Source: Adineta vaga (lineage: Eukaryota; Animalia; Rotifera). From it: a stretch of 64,000 nucleotides of DNA. The translations under genes and the position numbers were made by a program. Shown here piece by piece: positions 28,196 through 38,970 of the stretch (its first letter is position 1; each line of letters opens with the position of its first letter). The stretch lies in assembly GCA_021613535.1 (NCBI GenBank), contig CP075496.1:11718001-11782000 (forward strand), written 5' to 3'. Below the pieces are notes generated by a model. That model saw only the letters and a list, made by a program, of their open reading frames with translations. It made no database searches and was not told the DNA's origin.

Positions 28196-30212
28196 TTAAA
28201 AATTAAGCATTGATTCAGATTTGTTGTTTGCTAGGAGCATAGTGGGATTTTCCATATATGATCGAAATGCTTGAAGAAATAATGCACTTGCTTGAGAATC
28301 GCATGCACGAGCATCATAGGATAATGTAACAACTAATTCATTTTCTGCTTTTAAATCTTCACCATGACATCGAAGAAGATTTTGACCAATAGCTAAGATA
28401 CCGATTTGTGGTGGATTAATGACTGCAGAGAAAGATCGAATACCAAACATGCCTAAATTTGAGATTGTAAATGAACCACCTTGAAATTCATTGGGTTTTA
28501 ATTTGCCATCTTTAGCTTTCGTTGCTAATTGACGAACTTGTCCATTAATATCTTGTATTGATAAACGATCAGCATTAAATACAATAGGTGTTATAAGACC
28601 ATTATCAGTTGCAACAGCAACACTGACATCAACTGTTGATTGTAGTTTGAGACCTTGCTTATCTTCATAGATACCATTCATCTGTGGAACTTGCTGGAAA
28701 TAGAGAAAAAAGACATTTAGATACGATTTTGAGAGCTATCAATAGTTGTGTCGTGAAAACGATTGGTATGTTAATTTTATACACTTATGAAAAATAATAC
28801 TATTCGTGTGAACAGATGTAAACTATCGCGCAAGAATGAAAGAGTATTTTTGTGAATATAGACTGTTTTGTTCTTTGTATGGTTTCAATGACAAAGAATT
28901 ACATTTTTTCATTCATATTTGCATATTTTATTAATAAATACTTTCGAAATTTATAATCTCTCTAGCATACGGCATGTCCTTTCTCTAGTAAAAAAAGTAG
29001 GAAAAGAAAACCATTCTACTTACTCGAAGTGCTGCTGCTACTGCTTTAATAATAAAATCATTAACCGACACTTTAACAGTTGTTTTTGGATCGCTAATCA
29101 TTTGTTTACGTAATTTAAGTATTTGTTCAACATTTGATGTTACACTTAAATATTGATGAGGTATATTAGTTTTTGAATACGTTAAACGTTTAGCAATAGC
29201 ACGACGGATCGATGAAATTTCTATATCATGATATCGACGTCCTCCAGACTCGGATATTTGTTTCTCTTGACTTGTTGATTTAGTAGATTTTTTATCCTCA
29301 CTACGTGATTTAACTTTCAGTTGATTACTATCAATATATTTTTGTACGTCACTAGATATTAAAGTAGAAAAACAAAATAGATATGGAACTAGAAAACGAA
29401 AACAAAGTACCTTTTCATGACAACACCATGTGGTCCAGAGCCTTGTATTTTCGATGAGTCAATACCATATTGTTCTAGAAGTGTACGTGCAGCTGGACCA
29501 ATAGCATGACTGAGGAAAAGATCAATTAAATCGATTTTTCTTTGTAATATAAAATAAGAATACATACTGAGATTGTTCGGTGGACTGTTTATCGCTTTTA
29601 GGTTTCTCTGCTTTAGTTTCTGCACTTTTTTGACTTGTAGATTTCTCTTCTTTAGTTTTTGTTTCTGTATTTTTTGGACTAACTGTTTTCTCTTCCGTCT
29701 TTGGTACTTCGACACTCTTCCAATCATCACCTTTCTCAACAATAAGTGCAATTAGTTTTCCAACTTTAACATCAGTTGAATTATCCGGCATCTAAATACA
29801 TTACAATCATCGTTTTCCTTATGATTAGATAGTAACGAATATCTATTTACTAAAATTTTTGCGAGAATTCCTTCATCCTCTGTATCGAGAGTCATGGTTG
29901 CTTTATCTGTTTGAATTTCACATAAAGCATCACCAGGATTGATTTCTTCACCTGTAATAAACATATTAGATAAGTTGTGTATGAAATCATTCTCAAACCT
30001 TCTTTCTTAAGCCATCTAATAATGGTACCTTCACTCATCGTAGGGGATAGCGAGGGCATTTTAAGTGGTGATGTTGCTAAATGAAATAGAGAGAAAAGAT
30101 TTAGAGAATTCTAGGAAATAGTTGGATTCATACCAAGGGCTCGAACTGCTTCGAAAGTAATACGAGGTTGACGACAGGCATTTGTCGCCAATCGAGTAAA
30201 GTTGCGAAGCAT
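28196..30212 (-). CDS. PDHX: Pyruvate dehydrogenase complex E3-binding protein (protein X), mitochondrial
   Basis: Basic transit peptide, one lipoyl domain ([18 protein letters not shown]), PSBD ([20 protein letters not shown]), acyltransferase-fold core. The catalytic DHR motif reads DAR, favouring PDHX over DLAT. Confidence 0.85.
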
Positions 30213-30610
30213 TTATAAAACTAAAAAGAAACTAATAATATGAAACTAGTAGAGCGAATCAATCTTGGCCATAGAAAAGAAAAGTAGCTATAGAAAATCG
30301 TTCTATATTTGTATTTTGATGTGAAGAATAAGAAGAAGTATTAAGGCAAAGACATGTTTAATGTTTGTCGGAAAAACAACTCAATCTTTCTATTGGTCTG
30401 AAATATATATCGATGAAAATCGCTAGATGGCGTTAATGTTCGATAGTTTATAGAGGAAGAGAAACTATAAATATATAATCATGAATATTAGAATTTATTT
30501 GTTGAACTACTAAAGTAAAAAACATACAGATATGAACACTATCAAATCAAATGAATAAATAACAAAGAGAATTATCTAATTTTTACAAAAAAATTTATAA
30601 CCTTTATTTT

Positions 30611-31486
30611 CTAGTCTATCGATATTTGTTTATGTAAATGTTTAATACCATGATGTCGTGATAAACCAACTCGTATATCAGGTGATGATATGGATTTCAT
30701 TAGATGATAATTTTGATCTAAAATACAAGAATATTTCCCTTGAAAAAATATCGAATATTTTTACCATTTGTTGCCAATGGATCAGATCCAGATATTGATA
30801 ATGATGATGGTTGTTGTTGTGTACATTGAAAAATTCGCTAGAAAATAATAATTGAAGACAATTCCATTGATCAATTGATTTAATTTACCAAATTTATTTG
30901 ATTTGAATCATTATTTGATAAAGTTATATCTTTATAGATATATTTTCGTTTGGAAAGATCAGGTAAGAATTGTACGTCATTGATTATTGCTTGATGATTT
31001 TGTAGAAATTCCATCTTGTTAATTTGTTCATGAAGAACATGATTTGACGAAAGATTTAATCGAGATGAATGTTGTTGCTTCATTTTCTTTTTCAAATACA
31101 TTTTCAATTGTTTCTTTAAAGCAACATGTCGACGTGAAATTAAACGTAATTTTCTTTTCTTTTTCTTCGATGTTTTGATAATACTAGAAGAAGAAAAAGT
31201 ATTTTCATGAATTGTAAGAATCGAAAATGGTTGAGTCGAAAAATATTCATCTGTCGAAGAAATTGATGAGCACAACGTTTGTTGAAAGTCTTGTTTTCTA
31301 TCACTTTGTTCAACTATAATTTCTTCACCTTTTGACAATATTGTTTGTTCTAATAGATGACAAACACCTATGATTATAATAATAAATATGAAATTAATAA
31401 CTAATTAATATGATTATATGTTTTTCTCTACCATGTTCATCAATAGCATAGATTGACTGATTACCTTCACTATCCATCTTACACAT
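30611..31486 (-). CDS. Uncharacterised ~235-aa basic protein with a C-terminal RAD51AP1/RAD51AP2-like motif
   Basis: Exons 31486 (or 31477)-31432, 31367-30889, 30837-30765 and 30717-30611 join in frame by GT-AG. Lys/Arg-rich middle; ends SPDIRVGLSRHHGIKHLHKQISID. Confidence 0.7.
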
Positions 31487-32087
31487 ATTCAAATACAAAA
31501 TGGAAACAAAGAAAATTCTATAACGGAAATATTTATAGGATGGAGTATCTCCATAAATTATCTTCCGATAAATGAATTCAACAAATCAATATATAATTAA
31601 AAAGATGTCTGAAGAGAACTGAACAATACATATCTATCTTCTATTTTTCTCTAATGATGTACGCACGTGTCTTTATTATATGTAGTGAAGAAAAGAAAAT
31701 TTTGTTTTGAACTATGAAATAACGATTATCGTTAAGGATAGTTGAACTGTTGTTATCTTACTTTGAGTTCAAGTGATATATATATCATTTATATTTAGAA
31801 AACCGATTAGTCATCTGTTGAGTTATTCTTATAGGAAAACTATGTTTAAGCTTTTTGAATTAATCGAGAAAGGATTCTCTCTATCAGTGATGTAACAGCA
31901 TTATTTCGATATTTAACTTTTATTTATCAATTTAAAGTTAAATGACCCACAAATATGATATAGGATGAAACTTTTATTTGATGTTTGTTATAATCAACAA
32001 TACTAAATAGAATTTATAGAACTATTTTATTTATTATGATTGAAAAACTGAACTAAGAACAAAACATTTTTATACTGTCGTTGAAAT

Positions 32088-33863
32088 TTAAACTTTTGAT
32101 TCTTCTGATAATACTTTCCAAGTACCGACATTTTCCGAGGGTGAAGAAAACATCATACGAATACAAACAATAGCACCGAAAATCATCGAAGCAAGAAGAA
32201 TAAGACCAATGAGAGAAAATATAGTAATAAATACTACTTGAGTTAATTCAGTTACTCGATTCTGTTGATCCAAATTAGTATTTAAACGACGAAACAATCG
32301 TGATAATGGTGAATTAATAGTTGGCAAATCGTAGATAATATTCATTTTTTCTTCATCATTTACATTAGCACTATAAAATTTTGAATTAATATTACTAGAA
32401 AAGATAATCGTATACTTACAAAGGTGTTGTTTCTTGTAATAGATCAATTTCAAGAGTAGATTGAGAAGTTGTTAGAAATTTTTGATTATTCCTATGGATA
32501 AATATTTACTAGAATTATGTATTGAGAAATCTTTATTTAAAATTACGTCTGACGATTCGTAAATGGTAATAAATCTTGTATTGATGATGTATCGACTTTA
32601 TTTTTAACAGCTTGTACGATTTCTACAGCTAAATTATTCAAATGAAAATGTATTAATTTCGAATAATATTTCCTTACGTTTGTCACAATATTCTCCTTGA
32701 TATAACGTAGAACAGATACAACGAAAGCCTTTTGTACTCGTCGGTTCATCAACACAATGACCAAGATTTTGACATAAATTTGGATTAATTTCACATGGTC
32801 CTGAACAAAATATACATAATCAATCTGAAAAGAAATGTTGAAAACTTTACTTCTTTCACATTTTGTTGTTAATGCGTTGTATCGAGAACCTGGTTCGCAT
32901 TTGTTTAATGTACTAGTACCATCATTTTCACAGACGATAAACTCATCAAATTTATTCGCCACAGGTAAATGAGTACCAGAAGTATAATCCCGACAAATAG
33001 TATCTAAATAAACTAAACTAAATCAATCTAAACATAGGATTTAATTCGTACTTGATTTTATTGTTGGAGCACTATCTATTTCCATTGCTGGTTCATATTG
33101 ACAATCGACCTGTAGACAATACACAAACAATGAGCATATTTAGACCATTCTTATAGATTTAATAAACAAACTAGTTGTATCGGTGAACACATGAACAGTT
33201 TTGGATCAAAATGAAGACCATTTGGACATTGAAAAATGTCATGTTGTTTATTTTGATTACAATAATGAAACAATGAACAATCAAGTACATCAGGATAGAT
33301 TCCAGTTTGAGTACATGTTGATGTAGCAGATTTTCGACGATGATAATAATCATATCCTAAAAATGAACGAATATTTTTCGTTCATAAAATCACTTCCATT
33401 TACCTTTGACCGGTTCTGCAGATGGAAAATAGTCGGTTTCAGTCATTTCTTTGACAATTTCTGTACATTTCATAGCTTTTTCCTATAAAATACAATTCGA
33501 TATTGTACATTCACAGAGAAATTCAATTGATATTTACTATTGGTAGATATTGACATTTACCACTAGATGGATTGAAAAAGTATCCATCAATACACGAATA
33601 CGTTGTCAAAACACGAAATGTACACATATGAAAAAGTGAGCAATTTGTTGTATGTGCATATGCTCCACTTTCTACAGGACAATGTTGAAAATTAGGATCA
33701 TCATTTGATGTTGTTACTGGTATTGGAAAAACATTTCCTAATCATTAGAATAAAAGAATAAGAATATACAAACGATTGAATTTATATTACCAAATGATGA
33801 TTCAGAAAAAACTCGTTGAATTTGTATGAAAAGGATACCAACGATAAAAATTATCGTTCGCAT
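32088..33863 (-). CDS. Type I membrane protein: signal peptide, three chitin-binding type-2 (peritrophin-A-like) domains, EGF domain, TM, short tail
   Basis: Signal MRTIIFIVGILFIQIQRVFS. Three Cys modules (CPVESGAYAHTTNCSLFHMC..CIDGYFFNP..C; CTQTGIYPDVLDCSLFHYC..CPNGLHFDP..C; C..FIVC..CEPGSRYN..C). EGF PCEINPNLCQNLGHC..FRCICSTLYQGEYCD. TM in ORF 32088..32453. Confidence 0.85.
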
Positions 33864-34391
33864 CTTTCTTCTCCCTGTTCAAGTACCGATATGAATATGT
33901 ACCCTTCGAATTACATCGATGCACTCACCAATATCGGTCGCGCTTGATTTGATTGTAATATATTAATAAGAGTAGGTTCTATACTAGAAGAATATATCTA
34001 CATACTAAACGTCCTAATGCAACATATATATATATATATATGATCATTCATTGATGAAGAAAGTTCAATGATTATTCGTTCGGTTATTTGACCTTCCTGT
34101 TCGTTTCTTTTTTTTTCTTCTTATGTATTCTGTCAAGTATATAAAGGTATGATATTCTTTCTCAATTGAACCAATATTTATATTTAACACAAGTCCTTAG
34201 AAATAGTATAGTATATTTATATTCACTCAAAATAATGAAGTATCGTTTATGAGAGTATTGTCTTTGATCTTTGAAATTATTTATAAATCTGAATATATTG
34301 AATAATATGAGTATTCTTTTTGTATTCATCGTGTCATTGCTATATGTTGAATGTGAAACTTTGACAAAGCATTTATTTACAATGAAAAGAT

Positions 34392-35648
34392 TTAATTCGA
34401 ACCACTGCCTTCAAAACTTCTCGTACGTTTACGATCTCTATTTGGAACGAAAGTACATTTTGAACATAAATTCCAAACATGTCGACGAAATTGTATTGAG
34501 ATTAAATAATGAACAAGAAATTTATTCGAATAATTAATTGCCATTAACAACATACAAAACTTCATTAACATTTTCCATTGAGAAAATTTTAAACAATCAA
34601 TTTGAGATGTTTCGGTTATATCATGATTGAAAAAATAGGAATGAAATAATTGAAGGATATTTAACGGCATAATACTTAATGTATAATAAATCGAATAAAT
34701 AACAAGTAGAAGTGATGCTGTACGCATATGTCTACTTCCAGTTGTTTCACTTGTTGTTGATGGACGACGATAGTAACGATTTCGTAAAATAACCATTGAA
34801 CATATGCAGATGGTTAGACATGGAAGAAATGCTAAGAGACTAAGACGAATAAGTGGCCAAACTTTACCATGCCATAATTGTGCATAGGAATCATATTCAC
34901 AAATATAATATGAATGAGAGAAATAGAATGAAAAATGAAATTGAATAAGAAGAAGAGAAACTATGATAATAATGAATATTATTTTAACTAGTCCTTTTGT
35001 TCGTGAAACAAATGTTGAATATCGAGTAGGATAAACCACAATGCAAACTCGGTCAAGAGATGCTGTTGTAAGTAGAAGAGTTGAAATATGTGATGAACCG
35101 ATCAATAAACTATAATATGTTCCACATGTAAGAACATCACGAGGATCACGTATCAATGATAAGGATGAACACCAAAGCCAAAAAACAACTAAATTGTAGA
35201 AGAATATACTTTATAGTACTTTACATTTTGGAATTATAGTTCTAAAAATGAATTCCAACGAAAACAAATTTCCGATATCCTATTCTGAACATAATACTAT
35301 TTAAGTTCTACATTTGATTTTTGTCTACATTTTGTTAACAATATATACCATATTAAAATGAATCTTTGCTCTCTAAAAGCTATGATAGAATAGCGGATAA
35401 TTATACATTTGCATACTTATCAAAAAAATAATTTCAAAAATTGCCATTGTAGCAAAGTATAAACAAATTGGTTGTCTTCGATTTCTTGCATTGAACATAA
35501 TAGCTATTACAATAATATGTCCTGGTATTCCCAACAGAACACAAATCAATGCACCAATACGCCAAATGGTTTCGCCAAGTAAATAATATGGATGATATTT
35601 ACATATTTCAATAGCCATTGGAATTATTGAATCAGTCAAATTATTCAT
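34392..35648 (-). CDS. Class A peptide-receptor-type GPCR, orphan, two coding exons
   Basis: Exon 1 35648-35417 (LGIPGH, LYFATMAIFE). Exon 2 35188-34392 (TASLDRVCIVVYP, AFLP, IMP, INYSNKFLVHYLISIQFR). Confidence 0.85.
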
Positions 35649-36095
35649 CAATAGTAATATTATTGGCAAAGACCATATTTTAAAAGAATGTATAAAGTGA
35701 TGTACGCAATCATTATTTTATGCGTTGTTCTTGTTTCTTCTCTTCTCCTTCTATTATCAAATATTAATAGTAGACAATATGATCGACTCGAATTACTTGA
35801 CTATGTTTAGTCATTCTATAGAAGAAAGTAAGAACTCGAAGAGCACAGGAAGTTTCTCGTATGATTTGTTTTATGCGTTGTAGAATATTCTTTCATAAAA
35901 ATAGAAAGAACAATATCGATAATGATTACACAAAAAGAAAGGAAACGAAATGAAACAACAACGTTTTGCGAACTTCTATTTAGATCCACTAGAAAACAAA
36001 TATTGTATTTTGTTTCTTAAAACTCGTTCAAAGAAAGCCATAGAATTCAAGGACATCTTCAATGATGAATCAAATATAATAGAAATGAATGCGAT

Positions 36096-36804
36096 CTATT
36101 TTTTATCTTTATTTTCTACAATTTTTAACAATTGATCAACAAATTGAACAAAAATAGGTTCGATCATTGCTTTTTGCATATCATCTGCTGGATGAATCGA
36201 ACGATCTATTGATTTAATCATTGTTCGTAGATGAGAATTTTTTAATAATTCCAATACTTCTGTTGAATGACCTATAAATTCAAGAAGAAGAAAAACCTCA
36301 ACTTGTATTCTAACAATCTTTATTAACAAAACCACAAACCAATTCGTTCGAGCACATGACTTGACAGACGATCACTTTCTTCATCATCACCAAGTTCTAT
36401 GGGTAATTGAATTTGTGTCATTGGAACTAAATATAAGAACAGATATATACCAAATAATTCTCGACACTAATCTTATTTTTCTATGATTAACACATGCAAT
36501 TCAATTAGGGTTTTTTTCTAATAAAAAACTAACATCTATTTTTTGCTTACCTTGCACAATCGATTTGGATTGAAGATCTTTTTCCATACATGTTTCTGTA
36601 TTTAAATGAATTAAAGAGTAATCTTCATTTGAAAACATTATTTATTACCGGATGATTTATGTTTTTGAAAACATCGAGCTGAACAACTGAAATAACATAT
36701 GACTAATTAGTAATATCCTTATTTCATCTCACTTACTATCTTATTCGACATTTTGGACATTTGTAAGAAGCATTCTTGTTCTCATCGCAAATTTGACATT
36801 GCAT
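36096..36804 (-). CDS. ZNHIT3: Zinc finger HIT domain protein 3 (box C/D snoRNP assembly)
   Basis: Five exons: MQCQICDE..YKCPKCRIRYCSARCFQKHK (zf-HIT), DDEESDRLS.., LLKNSHLRTMI..AMIEPIFVQFVDQLLKIVE (ZNHIT3-type C-terminus). Confidence 0.9.
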
Positions 36805-36972
36805 ATTTTATTAATTTCGTCTCTAAAATTATCATAAAATCAATACAAAAACAAAACAATCACTTGAAAATAAACAAAGAAAAATCAATCTGTTTTATTC
36901 GTTTAAAAAAATAACAAAATGTCTGTCTATTGTTCATTCGTTGACAAATAAGAAGCAGAACTACGAATTATT

Positions 36973-38126
36973 TCATCTGACAATAGGCACAATTTCACCG
37001 GTGCGTGCTGCTTCACGTATGGCGACTATTGCTTCTTGAACTTTATAAACAATTTCAAACGATGTAAGATCCGTAAATGTTGAACGAGGAATTTGATTGA
37101 TCAATGATTCTTTTAAATGACCCATAAAATAATAAAATGATTGAATAAATATCAATGGAATTTCGGGATTTTCTTTTGAAAATTCTTCAAATTTGTCATT
37201 TGTATCTGAATGAAATGAATCAATTAAAATTTGATCTTCTGTATTCAAACGACGTAAAATTAAACGATAATCATTAACAAGAAGTGCACATTTTGATGAA
37301 ATAATAACTAATTCTTGATAATATGTCGATGATATATGTGAATTTGATATAATATTCACAAATATGGGTGGTAAATGAGTTGAACGATTATAATTTATAT
37401 GAAATGAATATGTTGTTTCATTGGGAGATTGAATATAAGCATGACTAATTGTTGATAACGATTGTGTACCAAATAAATAAAATAAAATTGAAAGAGCAAA
37501 TGAACCAAATCGATTTAGAAGACTACTATTGATTCGATCATCCGAACAGGATTTTAATGAACAACATTGAATACGAAATTCAATTGATTGAATATTTCCT
37601 TAGAAAACAGAAGAAACAATTATTGAATGAACAGAAAACATTTCAATGAAGATTATTTACCAATATTTGCTTGTTCTTCAGTTAAATAACGTTTAAGTTT
37701 AATAAATGTTGGTAGAAATCCAATAGGATAACAATAACAACATATTTGTTGTTGAATTTGTTGAACTGATATAAGTGATTTTGGATCAACATTGAATGGT
37801 GGCATACAAATAACGTGATGATTACATGGTTTGATAATTGATGTACTTGTAATACGTTTAATTAATGATAAATGTTGATCAGTATCTGTACAAATGAAAA
37901 TTAAATAGGATTGTGTTGCATTGTTTAATAATTGATCAAGTGGAAGTGTTGAACAAAATACTGATTCAATATTTAATGTTTCTTTACATAAAGAAATTAT
38001 ATCTGGAGTTAATCGACAAGGTGACCATAGATGACTGATTTGAAAACCAAATGCTCGTAAAAGTGGAACAACAATTTTAACAATTGGATTAACACCAATG
38101 ATTAGAACTGGAGGAGTGGACGGCAT
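36973..38126 (-). CDS. Divergent GFOD1/2-like (Gfo/Idh/MocA fold) protein
   Basis: Two exons. Colinear similarity to GFOD1/2: IVVPLLRAFGFQISHLW, IGFLPTFIKLKRYL..IG, EIPLIFIQSF, TSFE..IREAARTGE. Confidence 0.72.
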
Positions 38127-38970
38127 CTGAAATATTAATACTTATATATATATAATGAAAAATACGATATGAGGTTATATTTTATTATCATTAATTTTAA
38201 CAGTTTTCTCTCTAGTGTTATAAACACTAAGGAAAAAACGACACATACATTCAAATAAAATTCAAACTACACACTTTTGCAGCAGCAGCATACATAGGAA
38301 AAGAAAAGAAAAGAAAGAAAAGAAAGAAAAAACTCTAAGGCTCACCTTACACCAATGAAATCTATTATTGTGTCAAGGTGGTGTACAAATAACAAGTGGG
38401 CAAAGTTGTAAAAACAACAGAAAAAATATAAAATAAGTATATTCCAACTACTAAGAGAATACAAATCTCTTTTATATATGTCAGATATATTTATTTTGTT
38501 TCCTTTTTTTTGCATCTAGATAATCTGTTTCTCATCTCTGTTATTTTGTTGATAAAGAAAAAATAAAACAGAAATTAATAATACTAAAACACCTAGAGAG
38601 AAATAAAACGATATGATCAGTGATCAGTTTTTGTTTTTGACAATATAGAAATATATATAGAAATATGTATGAGAGAATACTGACAACAAGAAAGAAGAAA
38701 TGAAGTGTCTATGTACAACGACATGAGAAAAACAAAAGAAAAAAAAGTGACCCAAATGAAAAGAAAAACAATTCGTTTCGGAAGAACGATATCAGATCTT
38801 AAGAAAAATAAATACAAATGGACAAGAACAAAGAGAAAATAAGATGAAGAAAGATTGTCGACTAGGTTAGTTTGCTATTCACATCTAATTGCATTTGATG
38901 AACAAAAAAACAAGGAGAGATATAAGATTATAGATGCACATTATCTTCAATATTGTCCATTTCATGTAAA

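Noticed and set aside
32396-32419. Apparent ~25-nt intron in the chitin-binding gene
   Set aside because: An in-frame acceptor 24 nt further on gives an ordinary 49-nt intron.
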